A DNA stretch of 64,000 nt from Vicugna vicugna (GCA_013265495.1 MU058213.1:5289149-5353148), one strand, 5' to 3'; shown: positions 24,400-37,588, counted from the stretch's first letter. The notes: generated by a model from the sequence alone, not told the origin. Numbers and translations are program-made.

Positions 24400-25080
24400 A
24401 AGTGCATGAGGCGATGGGGAGATGCCAAGATGGTTCTCAAGCAAACATGGAGACATGAGGGAAAAGAAGTGGAGGTGATGCACCTTGAAGACAAAGGAAG
24501 GGGCCAGGAGCCAAGGACTGTAGGTGGTCTCTAGACACAGGAAAAGGCAAGAAAACAGACTGTCCTCTGGAGACTCTGGAAGAAGCTATTAAATTAATTA
24601 AATAAGGAGGCCATTAGACTGAGGTGGCTCTAATGCCATGGGAGCCGATATCAGCAACCCCAAACCTGAGCCTGTAAACACCTCAAGGTTGTGAAGAGAA
24701 ACCTAAGGACAACCAATCATAAATAGCCAACTAGGTTTTAAGCTGTAACCAATCAAATAATCTCCTTTCTTTGCTTCTGCTTTGTCTCTATACAGGTTTC
24801 TCCCCAGCTCCTGTCATCAGAGTGCTTTGAACCACTTCTGCTTTGACACTGCTTATTTGAATCGATTTTTGTTCAAATAAATTCTTAAAATTTTAATATG
24901 CCTCCATTTATCTTTTAACAGAATACAGGTCTGCAGACACCTTGATTTTAGCCCAAGAAGATGTATTTTGGACTTCTGACCTAGTAACTTTGTGTTGTTG
25001 TTTATAGTTGTTTAATTACTGTAACTGATGACTACTACGTTTGTGGTCATTGGTTATAGTAGGTGGGGGAAGTGCGTGCA
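24400..25080 (+). mobile_element. MLT1D-like MaLR LTR interrupted by a second LTR
   Basis: ttgaagacaaaggaaggggccaggagccaagga..ggaaaaggcaagaaaacagac resumes after 24920 as cagacaccttgattttagccc..ggacttctgacc. Confidence 0.75.
24587..24920 (+). mobile_element. Short ERV solo LTR nested in MLT1D (LTR47-like; family uncertain)
   Basis: tattaaattaatt..ggaggccattagactgagg start, two ccaatca boxes, aataaa, ...ttttaaca end, decayed flanking duplication gaagc/gaata. Confidence 0.7.
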
Positions 25081-26768
25081 CAAGTGCCCCAACAGGGCCT
25101 GTCCTGGCCAGAGGCAAGTGCTACTTCTCCGGACACCTGCTGATTGCCCCAGCTTAGCAACATTCCCTGTAGCAACGAGTCCTGCAGTCCTCCCACCTCT
25201 GCTGAAGGCTCCACAGCCATGTATACGGAACATCTGCTGCTCCGGCTTTTGCTCGGCTTTTACGAAGGCTACTGACTTGTTGCTACAGGTTACTGCCTAC
25301 AAACTGGTGAGTATTAGTGAGAATTCTCAGGCCTAGGGGTGGCAGCACACCCCGTGTCATGTGTCTACAGACCTGTGTATAGATGAACACCTACATTATA
25401 CACATATTATATATATACATATCCATACCCAGACCTGTGTATGAATGTGCACCCGTATAATAGATGCATTATCCACATATATCAGCAGCATATCTTCCCT
25501 GATATGATGCACTAAAAAGAACACAACATCACTTCTCTGGCTTTCTTACCAAAAATGCATAATCTCAGCTTAAGCTGAGAGAATATTAGGCTAATCTAAA
25601 TTGAGAGACACTACAAAATAACTAACTACATCTCTTCAAAAGGGCAGACAGGAAAGGGGGTATAGAAAAATGAGCCATTGGAAATAGCATCACAGAGGAA
25701 ACTAAGGTCTTAGAGGAAAGACAATTTGTAGTTAGAGCCAAGAGAAGAAGCAAATAGAAAAGGAGAGGGAGAAAGGACGCTATTACCAGTCAGTGTTCTA
25801 AAGGGAATCTTATACGACATCCAGGTGCTTTGGCCACCACCATCCCCAACTGATGGGAAGAAGCAAAGGTAGACTGCATGTATTTCTAACTCACTATAAA
25901 CAAACAACACATTCCATCTGTACTATAGGTAAAATAATCCCCACTTTAAACTTTTTAAAATTGTGCCTTTTCCTCATCCTTTATGGGCAGGGGGGCAGAA
26001 ATCTGAAAAATATCTTTTAGGCTTTTAAATATCAGAGGTTGAAATAAAAATAAGTGTTTTTTTAGTTGAATACTTTTACAAATTCTTGCCCATCAGACTT
26101 TTTCTTTCTTTATATAAGTCACATGATGGATCATATTTCAGAAGAGCTATTGCTGGATGGTGGAGAAAGGACCAGAATAAAAGACACAGGGTATCTGTGG
26201 AGTAGAGAATTGTTTTCTGGGGAAAGATGGAAGAGATAAAAGGAACTGTTCATTCATAACCTCCTCTAGGCATTTTGAAGAATGTGAAAGAAACGTTTGT
26301 CCTTAGAATATTTACTCATCCTCAGCTAGAGGATGAGTCAAAATAATACATAATTATGGTGTTGGTTAACAATGAGTCTAAGGCTTCATAAAGGAAAACA
26401 TCATAGATGATAAATGGCATGGAAGATAGTCTTTGATAAAAAGGGTGGAAATTACAATGGTGGAGAGGAGTGAGTCAGGAGGTTATTCTTGGCAGTGAAC
26501 AGCGTGAACAGTGGTAGAGATGAGAATAATAATGCATTCTCAGAGGAATGACTAGAGTGTCCCGGCTGGAGAACATTGGGAATGTTATTAGAGAGATCAG
26601 TTGGGACCCTCTGGCCAATGGCCCTGAATGCTGGGCTCAGAGAGTATATTGATCTGGTAGGTAAGAAGAAATACTTATAAATTTATGCAGGAGATAGCAC
26701 AATGAGAATGATGTTTTAGAATTAATTGTCTACGTTGTTAAAGAGGCCAGTTAAGATGGCATATTTGT

Positions 26769-27635
26769 TAGATATTTCTCCGAAGAAGACATACAGGTGG
26801 CTGGCCAACAGGCACATGAAAAGATACTCAACATCACTAATTTTTTGAGAAACACAAATCAAAACTACAACGAGGTCTCACCTCACACTGGTCAGAATGG
26901 CCATCATCAAAAAGTCTACAAATAATAAATGCTAGAGAGGGTGTGGAGAAAAAGGAACCCTCCTACACTGGTGGTGGGAATGCAAGTTGGTGCAGCCACT
27001 ACAGCCACTATATAGTATGGAGGTTCCTTAAAAAACTAAAAATAGAGTTACCATATGATTCAGCAATCCCACTCCTGGGCATATATCTGGAGAAAACCCC
27101 AGTTTGAAAAGATACACACACGCCAATGTTCATAGCAGCACTATTTACAATAGCCAACACATGGAAACAACTTAAATGTCCATCGACAGATGATTGGATA
27201 AAGAAATTGTGGGATACATATATATACATATATATATATATGCTGGAATTATAAAGTAGAATGGAATACATATATAGAATAGAATACTACTCAGCCATAA
27301 AAAGGAATGAAATAATACTACTTTCAGCAACATGGATGGACTTAGAGATTCATACTAAGTGAAGTAAGTCAGACAGAGAAAGATAAATATATGACATCAC
27401 TTATATGTGGCGTCTAATAAAATGCCACAAATGAACTTATTTACAAAACAAAAAGAGACTCATAGACAGAAAACAAGCTTATGGTTACCAGGGGGAAGGA
27501 GGAGGGAGGGATAAATTGGGAGTTTGGGATTGGCAGATACAAACTACTGTGTACAGAATAGATAAACAACAAGGTCCTACTATATAGCACAGGGAAATAT
27601 ATTCAATGGCTTGTAGTAACCTGTAATGAAAAAGA

Positions 27636-27674
<39 letters not shown>

Positions 27675-27773
27675 CGCATACATTTAAAACTGAATCACTA
27701 CGCTGTATACCAGAAACTAATACAACATTGTAAATCAACTATACTTCAATCTCTAAAATGTAAAAAAAAAAAA
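26769..27773 (+). mobile_element. 5'-truncated cetartiodactyl-type LINE-1 (ORF2 C-terminus, 3' UTR, poly-A) with an internal (TG)n
   Basis: DNA for the ORF2 Cys-rich motif (gagagggtgtggagaaaaaggaaccctcctacactggtggtgggaatg), 3' UTR gataaattgggagtttgggattggcagatac, (TG)n at about 27641-27670, poly-A 27762-27773. Confidence 0.93.
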
Positions 27774-27907
27774 AGAATCTGTAAGTCTATAAGGATAACA
27801 TAAAGAGAAAGAGAAAACAGGGGAGACTTGGCTTTACAAAAATTTGTCAACCAATAAATGCAAGAGGAATTAAAAAAAAAAATCCAGCATATCTGGGGCA
27901 TTAACTC

Positions 27908-28349
27908 TGTGGTGGATTGAATAATAGTCCCTCAAAGATGTGGGTATTCTAATCCCTGGAACCTGTGAATGTTACCTCATATGGCAAAAGGGATTTTGCA
28001 AATGTGATTCAGTTAAAAGTCTTGAGATGCAGAGAGTACCCAGGATTACCTGAATGGGCCCAACGTAATCACAAGTCTTTATAAGAGGGAGGCAGAAGAT
28101 CAGAGTGACTAGTAGGAGACAGGACAACTGAAGCAAGAGGTTAGCAAGGAAGGGACCACAAGCTACAGAATGCATGTGGCTGCTAGAAACTAAAAAAAGC
28201 CAGAACACAGGAGCTTCTAGAAAGAATGCAGCCCTGCTAACACTTTGATTTCAGACTTCTGACTTCCTGAGTTAAGAAAATAAATTTGTGTTGTTTTAAG
28301 CCACTAAATTTTTGGTAATTTGTTTCAGTGATAAATGAAAACTGATACA
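27908..28349 (+). mobile_element. MLT1C/D-like MaLR solo LTR
   Basis: tgtggtggattgaataat..aatccctggaacctgtgaatgttacc..gaaaactgataca, with ACTC on both flanks. Confidence 0.85.
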
Positions 28350-29429
28350 ACTCCTTTTGAGAGACTGATAAAAATTATTTTTTTAACATAGAAAAATGCA
28401 TGTTTGCACACCAGTATTTTTAAAAAATAATTTCATTAAATTATTAAAGTTCATCTACAGACCTTCTCAGGGGTGTCTGTTTCCCAGGTTTAAAGCTCTG
28501 GAGTTCACATGTTATTTCAGTACTTCATACACACAATGAAAATGTTTAGGGCTGTCAGTGAGATACAAAAAGATAGTGCAGATGTTAAGAGACACTATGG
28601 TGGAAGGCTAAATGTGCAGTTTAAGGTCAGGTACACATCAAAGGTGACTTCGAGACTGCAAACCTGGGAGACCTAGAGAAGAGGTATGTTAACAAGAAAT
28701 GGAGATGGTGGGAAGACAAGAAGGTTGTCCGGGAAAAGATAGAGGGCAAAGCCCATGAGATAGAGCCTGCCAGGGTCAGAATCAAAGTTCCCAGTTCATC
28801 TCAGGACTCGGGATCTCCAAGGGGAACACTTGTGTTTGCAGAAAACCCAGAAGCCATTACTTGAGCTGGGGAGCAGCCAATGACAGAGTCTTTGTGGACT
28901 GTTACCTCAGCCGGTATTGACTAGACCTGGAAGAGGGAGGTGGAAAACCAGAGGTGGGTGTGAGGATGGTGCCCTTGACCTGTGGGCACCAAGTCCTCTA
29001 ATCAATATGATGGATTGACTCATTCCAAAGGGTCTAGCCTAGGACCAATCCTGCCCCTAAAAGCAGGGGAATTTAGGAACCCTAGGTCTAGAATTTATTA
29101 ACTCTAGGACTAGTAATTCGGTCTTCAGTCAGAGGGTATTTGGACAGAAAGGTTCAGTTAATTGGTTCCTGTTAGGAGTAAGGAATCCTGCATGGGCACC
29201 AAAATAATAACAGTGATGGCAACAACAGGAGGAAAGCTAATAAAGCAAATACAGGCCAGCTAGTGCCAAAAGGTACAAGCAGGGCTGTCCCAAGAAATTC
29301 CCGGCATCTGGCTCGAACTGATTACGGACAGTAGGTCCATGTCCTTATTTTGGGAGTCTATAAGAAGGTGCCCCTACAATATTCAGACAACTTAAGGAAA
29401 GGGCCAAGCTGAATTTTCTGAGGGAGGCA

Positions 29430-29680
29430 ATAAAGCACTGTGGAGAAAAGCATGGGTTCTGGAACTGAGAAGCCCTCGGTTCAAATCAGAGCTCTCTCAT
29501 TGCTGTCCATTCCAGGGAAATGTCCTCATACCAGGAAGCCCAGTTTCCTCATCTTTAGAACTGCAAAGACAATACATTCCTTTATAAGCATGTTGCCAGT
29601 GTTACATGTGGTAATATTCGTACTTGCGCTGCCTGACACATTAAAAAGTGCTGGGTAAGTGGAGGCTGTTGTCACTGGGA
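29430..29680 (+). mobile_element. MIR SINE
   Basis: ggttcaaatc..cagtttcctcatctttagaa pattern. Confidence 0.6.
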
Positions 29681-29879
29681 TCAGGCAGCTGCTAAATTGT
29701 GTAAGCTGAAGAAGATATATATGCAAGTATGACTATGCTATTTAATCTAATCTGTTCCTGCATCAAATTAAGAAGGTGTTACTCTGAAACCATGACCCAC
29801 TCATTTGCATTGTGTAACATCTGAGGTCATTGTGCTCTCAGAAAAGAAAGTTGATGCTTGGAATCGAGAAAAAGTATAG

Positions 29880-30130
29880 ACCAAGAGCAGTGACAAGTAT
29901 TGTGTGCCTACCATGTGCCATATGGATGGTGTTATATAAAATAATTCACCTACAACTCAGAACAGTGGTCTGAAGTATGAGCTATTATAATGCCCTTTCT
30001 GCAAGTGAGGAAACTGAGGTGTGAAGCAGTTAATAACTTGCCCAAGGCTCCACAGCTATTAAGTGGTGAAGAAAAAATAGAAACCCAAGCTCTCTGACTC
30101 CAGGGCCTGCGAGTTCAATCCCACACTGAA
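29880..30130 (-). mobile_element. MIR SINE
   Basis: gaggaaactgagg..taacttgcccaaggctccacagct, antisense core. Confidence 0.8.
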
Positions 30131-33100
30131 CTCTCTCTCAAAAGAACGAATGGTCTCCAGCACTGCTGATGGAGTCATGATCGATGGACACAATGGTCTC
30201 GTTCCTCCCAGGGACAGATCTCTGTAGTAGAAATAGGTACATCATCAATCAGGTTACCTTCTGAATCCCCTCCAAGACAAAGTGATGGGGATGGGGTTGT
30301 GAGGCTTTTGGTTGGAGAAGGATTCCAGCTGCTGGACTAGATGTGGGAATGAGCATGGTCAGTGCGAAGACTTAGTTGAAGGACAGAAGCCAGAAGCGAA
30401 AATCAGGCTGACAATCAGGGACCATCTAAGGAAACACCAGTCCCAAAGCAGATGGACTGAAAGGTGAAAACTGAAAAGGCTGAGGACAAGGGAGTATGGA
30501 AAGGAGCCAACAAGATGAGGATTGGGAGAATCTGGAGCCCCAAGAGAGGATGTGTGAAATGAGAAGCAAATCCTTCCTTGGGCACCAGCCTAGGGGTGGA
30601 AGGAGCAGTTGTGGAGGCAGCCACTTCCTTCTGTTCTGATCCATGTTTTCCAAGCTTTCAAGATTTGGCTTCTGTGAAGATTTTATTACTGAAGAGATGT
30701 GTGTTTATCAGCCAAGAGAGTAGGGTGGTTGTTTTTCACATTGTAAGTTAACAAACAGGCTTCTCATTTATTAGTGAGCATCTAGTGAATTGGATAACTC
30801 GAGTTAGCCTTCCAGGGCTGAGTCACATCTGAGTGACACAATGAAATTAAGTTTTAGATGTGTAAAGCTGAAGACAACATCCTGGGTCTCAATTGATTCC
30901 ATTCAAAGGACAATCTCCTTTCATAAAACAGTTAGTCAGCCTCTCTCTTTGACATCCTTTTAGCAGCAAAAAGTTCTGAAATTTCCATACACTGAGAGTT
31001 CACTGAGTTCAACCATTCATACATTTACCAAATTTACCAACTATCTGTGTGGTTTCTTAATTGGACTGAGATCATCATGAAGGCCTAGGCTGCTTTTCAT
31101 TCATCTTCACATGCCTGGGACCTAGCACAGTCTACTCAAAAGCACTTACATACTCAGAAAGCGTTTGTTGAACTGAATCGATGTGGACAAGAACAACATA
31201 TTATACTAGAGACAATATGGGCAACATGCCCAATAAGTTTTCAGATGGTAGATTAAACACTTTCAAGATATCACTTTACCTTTTCCCATATGCCAAATTT
31301 AATACGTATTCTAAAATTACAGATTAAATTCTCATTTGATACATGTAATTGACTGCCATTTTGTTTCAAACCAATTTTAAAGTTTACCCTCATGTCCTTT
31401 AGTAGCACACCAAATTTCATCAGTCAAACCCTTTGATATCATAGAAAAAAACCAAAAACTAAAGTGACCTTGCTTCATTTGGTCAACACACGTTCACTTA
31501 CCAAATTCTCTCTGAGCAAATATTTGAATAAACAGATGTTCTTTATCTTTGTACCCAGAAGGTCAATGAACTGAAATCATAGAGAACATGACAGTCTTGG
31601 AATTAAAAATCCTCCCAGCAAGCACGCATTAGCCATAACTACATTCAATTCAGATCAAAGGGAGTTGACTTCAAATTCTTTCTCTTCTGCTTACATGATC
31701 ATTAATTGATTGGTTACCCTTATCAATTCAGTTGTTAGAGCACCTCAGCTATTTGAAGATTTGATCAACTTTTTTAGAGATTAATCTGCAAAAGATCTAT
31801 ATGAGTAGCCACTATCATAGTCTCCAAATTCTTTGTATTAAACCAGAAGATGTTTAGAGGTGTTTTGAGAGCATACTTCCATTGAAAAATATGGCATTTC
31901 AAAACACACTGTGAACTCACCACTAAGGACAAAACTTTTGTTCCCATTGGTATATTCCGCAGTGAATTTCTAGACAATGGTCTATCTGAAACTATATGAT
32001 TTTGTTTTAAAATTTCTGGATTCCCTGTGATGTATTTTTCACCAGTTAGCAAGTTAAATTTTTAAAAATTGTAATAATAATAGAACTCTTGGTGGATTCA
32101 GGAGGTGAAGGAAATGTACCTTGCATGTGTGCATGTTATTCACAGGAGTCTCCTAGAAGTCTATGGAGAGTCCCAGGGTGTTCTTTAGGTTAGGATGCCA
32201 TGCCTCCTCTAAGGAAAAGGTAAGGATCACCCTTGACTTAATCCCTTTACTGAGAAGTGGATCAGTGACCATTGCTGACTCTCCTCATTGTGCTACAACA
32301 AATATGTAGTTAGGAGAAGACGGCTACCTTGGGAAGAGTTTTAAAAACAGATTTTTTTGTGTGTCCTCTGTGCTCAGTGGAGCAATTGGAATTGTAACTT
32401 GTAGAGTAACTTCCGGAAGGAAAGCCTTCTGATCTAGCACTTTTATAGACATGCCTGGCACTATAACCAACCAAGAGAACAAGAGGCAATTCCCAGATTC
32501 TCGGGACTGTATGAAGGGCACGCTGGACTACTGTACAGAACTCGTAGGTCTTTGGGGCTCTTCCCTGGCAGAGCTCAAAAAGCAGGCAGTCGACTCCTAT
32601 CCCAACTGCTGAGAGATTTGGGAGGGCCCTCAATGTCCTTCTCAGGATAATGTGTCCAGTATCTTCCTGGTAGGGGAATGCATGAGCTTTTAGGGGAATG
32701 GACATCCTTGGGGGACTTGTGACCCCTCATCCTGATCCCCAACCAGATGGACAATTTAGGCTCTTGAAATATTAAATTTGCAGTTAAATACTAGCTGCCC
32801 AATACACAGTTGCTGTTGCTAATGTACTATCAGCAGGACACAGGCTTTTGTTTTTTTGCAGTTCTGGAGACAGGTTTGCACAAGATCACCCCTGGCTGGT
32901 ATGATCAGCTCTGTGTAATCTGGAGGTGCAATGGCTGAGGCTGCGGAGTTTGTCCAGGGACCAAGCCCTCCACTCAGCCTTCCTCACAGAGAGCTGAAAC
33001 TCCACCAAAGGAATCTTTTCCCAGTTGTAGTGTATTCACTCTACGAAGTAGCATACTCATAAAGAAATCGGGAAAGGTTGAATAAAAATCTATCCATGAG

Positions 33101-33289
33101 GCAAAGTCTCCTTTTATTTGTGGCAAAATGGGATTTCTCCACTGTGTCTGAGCTATGGTAGGCGGTACACAGGGTCCAGAGTCCAAAGGTTCAGATTTGA
33201 ATCCTCACCCTCCCACTAACTGCAGGGTTTTGGACAGGTCGCTGCTTTGTCTTGGGCTTCAGCTTTCTCAAATGAAAGTGAGGGTTCCT

Positions 33290-33391
33290 AATGTTCATTG
33301 ACAGATGAATGGATAAAGATGTGGTATGCATATATACACACATATATAATATATACACATATATAATATATACAGACACAAATATATACAC

Positions 33392-33436
<45 letters not shown>

Positions 33437-33930
33437 GTATTACTCAGCCATACTCAGAATGAAATAATGCCATTTGCAGCAACATGGATGGACCCAGAGA
33501 TTATAATACAAAGCTGAGTAAGTTAGACAAAGAAAGACAACTATCATATGATCACTTATATGTGGAAGCTAAAAAAAAATGATACAAGTAAACTTATTTA
33601 CAAAACAGAAAAAAGTCTCAGACATAGAAAACAAACTAATGGTTACCAAAGGGAAAAGGGGGAGGGGGGGATAATTGGGAGTTTCGGATTAACAGATACA
33701 CATTATTATGTATAAAATAGATAAAAAAACAAGGACCTACTATATAGCACAGGAAACTATATTAAATATCTTGCAATAGCCTATAATGGAAAGGAAAAAA
33801 TATATATGTGCATATACATATGTATAAAATGGAATCACTTTGCTGTACACCTGAAACATTATAAATCAACTATACTTCAATAAAAAAAGAACATACATAT
33901 TGAAATTAAATATAAAAGAAAGGAAAAATA
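33290..33930 (+). mobile_element. 5'-truncated cetartiodactyl-type L1 3' end inserted in a MIR, with an internal (TA)n
   Basis: gacagatgaatggataaag..atggttaccaaagggaaaagggg..aatcaactatacttcaataaaaaaa; MIR head at about 33150-33289; (TA)n at about 33395-33435. Confidence 0.9.
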
Positions 33931-35162
33931 AAATCAAGGTTCTCTTCACTCCCTAACTCAACATGTGTTTATTCAAAGATTACGTGCCATGGGCACACCA
34001 GCTACTGGGTATCTAACAGTCAGCGTAGTTTCTAATCCTCTGAACATTTACTGTGTAGTACAAGAGACAAGGAAGCAAGAAGAAATTGCAATTTATATCT
34101 GCCCCTTTTACTTTATGTAATTGTTTTGAGGTAAAAATAGATAATTTATGCAATGCTTCATTAACTGTAAAGAGCTGTAAAAAAAAAAACAACCAGCTTT
34201 CTGCCCATACTTGATTGTCCATATTTACTTTCATATTCACTCCAAAAATTGTACTTCTATGATGATAATTTTATTGTGAGATGATTTGTGTGCTTGATAA
34301 AGATTTATAGGTTTCCTTAATTCATGAAAATGGGGTACATTAAAAGAAGGTGATATTTCCAAGGCAGAATATTTGACAGAATCACTTTGAAGTGGCTCTG
34401 TACGTGCTCTCTTATTCTTTCCAAAAGCCTTATCCATTCACCTCTCCTTAATCTCCAAGACACATCATTCCTTCCCTCACTCCTGAAGCCCCTTGATCAG
34501 GGTCATATATGGGTCGAGTCTCAGGACACAGAGGGAGGGATAGGATGGAGGGTCTGTCATGCATGTTACTGGTAAATTTTGACTAATCTGAACATTTGAA
34601 AGTTTGTTTCTTGGATCATGTGAAAAATGTCCTTATAACCATGGTAACTGAGTGACAATGGCTACATCAGAATGTCATGTAAAGGAGGGTATTTCTGAAG
34701 AAGAGCCAGTGGGAAATTTGAATTTCATAGCACATACTATAAGCTAGACACACTCCAGTACATTAACATTAGAATTAATTTTGAAAACTGTTGCCAAGTT
34801 TGATTTTAGTTTGAGATTTTCAGAGCATCTCATACCACGAAAAAATTTTGAGAAAGCTTCTTTATTTATGACAAATGTTTACTGTGCTAAGCACTTTAAG
34901 CCATACCAAGAAATACAAGGCATAGTCCTTATTTTTGAAGAGTTCATCATCTATTTGGAGTGAAAAAAAACATGTATGCATACATATAGAGCACACGCAG
35001 ACAGGAAGAGATAAGAAGCTGTACGTAATTGATAGTTAAGTAAGTCACACCATGAATAGGATGGGTATTCAACTGAGAGATTTCACTGTTCAATGGAATT
35101 GAGAGGCAAGTAATCATAAATGAGTTACAAAGTGGGCATGGCCTTTGGAATATGAGGTAAGT

Positions 35163-35230
35163 AGGGTTTGGATGGGAATAGAGGTGGAGGAAGAGCAGGG
35201 TTTGGATGGGAACAGAGGTGGAGGAAGGGC
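35163..35230 (+). repeat. Two-copy 34-bp tandem duplication inside an L2 relic
   Basis: agggtttggatgggaatagaggtggaggaagagc and agggtttggatgggaacagaggtggaggaagggc, 32/34 identical. Confidence 0.95.
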
Positions 35231-35529
35231 ATTTGAGGTGAATATATACAGCACAAGAGAGAAATGAGCAAGGCATCTTGTGGAACCTATATGGGTCCTT
35301 TCAGAAGAAATGGGGTATTTTCTTCTGGGGGGACATTGACACACATTTTTGGGCAAGTCTGGAAGAGCCAGGTTTGTGGAAGGCCTTGAATATCAGCCTA
35401 GGGATTGAATGTCACCCTGTAGAGAATGAGGAATCACTGAGTTTTAGGACAACTAAATCATGCTTTAAATAGATTTCTCTCTCAAAGACATACAGGGTGA
35501 GTCAGTGAGCAGAGGGAGGCAGGGAGCTC

Positions 35530-36360
35530 AGTTTTTCTGTTAATTTTCAACATTGTTTTACTTTTTCTCCTAATAAAACAAGTGCAATAAAAATTCATGA
35601 CACAATGAACACCTGTGACCCCACCTCCCAGTTTATGACAAGCAACAGGACCATTACCTTCCTGTCCCCTGCCTGGTCTCTCAAATCCCTTCCTTCTCCC
35701 ACCCCCCTGGGACATAACCTCTATCCTGAGCTTTATGTTTGCCATCCCTTTGCATTTCTTCATAGATTTACGACCTACGCTTGGTCCCTAAAAATATGTT
35801 GAACAATTTTGTAGGTTTTTTCCTTAATGTAAAAGGAATCATTCTTTATGAATTATTCTGCCACATGCTTTTTTGGGTCAACATGATATTTCTCAGATTA
35901 ACTTATGTCATTTTCTTGTAACTGTATTTCATTAATTTCAACTGCTTTATGATAGCCCATTGTAAAAATTTACTCAGTCCATTTATCCATTTAACTACTG
36001 ATTAGCATCTGGGTTGTTTCATTATTTCACTATTAGAAATAGTGCTGCTAGGAGTCTTCCTGTACGTTTCTCCAGGTACACCTATGCAGTTGTTTTCCCA
36101 GGGTTTATTTCTAGGTGTGCAATTGCTCGGTCACTGGGTACTCACACGTTCAAATGTATTAGACAATATCAAACTGGGTTTGGTTTCATAATGGGTTGTA
36201 TCACACTGCCAGCATAAATGCACTGGTGCTGCAGTGGTTCTAAATCCTGGCCTACCCTGGATACTGTAAGTGTTTTTTGTTTTTGCCAATCTGGTATGAA
36301 TTGTTATCTCATTGGGGTTTTAATTTGCATTTGTTCAATTACTAGCAAAGCAGAGCATAT
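35530..36360 (-). mobile_element. Old L1 (L1ME-like) 3' region
   Basis: Antisense L1 features such as tttttgccaatctgg..ttatctcattggggttttaatttgcattt. Confidence 0.75.
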
Positions 36361-36880
36361 GTGAGGTCCACAGGGCAGGCAGTCAGGAAGACAAGACAGA
36401 TGAAAAGCGAGGGAGTTCAAGAAGAAGCTGGAAACTACAGGAGTCTACCAGGACAGACTGACAACTGCTAAAACCTATCAGCTCTGGTTGCTCCTGGCCT
36501 CAATGGTTTGGACGTTCTGGGACACTTCATTGTGGTTTGAAGCTGGGACACTTCATTGTGGAGTTGAATGCACATACACACACACACACGCATACACACA
36601 CACCCCTAGTGCACAAGTTGGTGAAGCCAAAGGAGGATCCAGGGAAAGGTGGAGTGAGTGCAATCTGGCAGCTGCCTCCCACCAAAAAGGTGAGCCAACA
36701 GACAAGCTGCAACATGTTTGAGCTACAAAATGACTACTCCTCTAATTCTGTCCTCCATGTCCTGTGCAAGAATTTCTCTGGAGGCTCCACCCTAAGCAGA
36801 AATATACAGAAAGGGAATTCTGGGAGATGCGTTCAGCCTAGCCATGTTGACACAGTGCAAAGACACTCCACAGACAATAC
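36360..36880 (-). mobile_element. ERVL-type LTR relic (LTR41/LTR52-like)
   Basis: gaaagggaattctgggagatgcgttcagcctagccatgttgacac end motif typical of old ERVL LTRs. Confidence 0.55.
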
Positions 36881-36993
36881 AACATAATATAAACATAAGT
36901 TAAGCAAAACCTTCCAATAATACAAGAATTCCATAAAATCATTATCATAACGGAAGACTTGAACATACTTTTCTCAGAATTTGATAGGTTAAG

Positions 36994-37588
36994 TGTGTTA
37001 GACAGAATTCTAAGTTGGTCCCCAAGTTTCCCACCCCCATGCGTATACCCTCTCTATAACCCACACCGGTTGAGCATGGGCCAGGCTTGTGAATATGACA
37101 GGCTATCACTCCTGTGATTATATTACGTGGTTGAAGGGATTTTGTAACTATAATTTAGATCCCTAATCAACTGATTCTGAGCTAAGTAAAAGGGAGGTTA
37201 TCCTTGGTGTGTTTGATTTAATTAACCCTTAAAATGGACTGGACCCTTTCCAAACTGAGAAATTTAGAAGTTTGAGAGGGCCTCTGGAGAGGATCATATG
37301 GCAAGGACCCTAAAGCAACATCTAAGGGCTGAGAGTAGTTCCCAAATAGAGGCTTGCAACACAATGCAAACATTCTTTCAAACAAAAGGAAAAGAATTCT
37401 GTCAACAACCTCAGGTGCCTAGAAGTGGCTCTTTCCCAACATCTTGATTTCATTCAGCCTTGTGAGATTTGAGCAGAGGAACCGTCTATGTCATCTTGGC
37501 CCATGGAATATGTGAGAGAATAAATTTTTGTTGTATTAAGATGCTAGGTTTGTAGTAATTTGTTATGCAACAACAGAAAACTAATATA
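36994..37588 (+). mobile_element. MLT1E-like MaLR solo LTR nested in L1
   Basis: tgtgttagacagaattctaagttggtcccc start and an MLT1 3' end (aataaattttgttg..tttgtagtaatttgttatgcaacaacagaaaactaatata). Confidence 0.8.
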
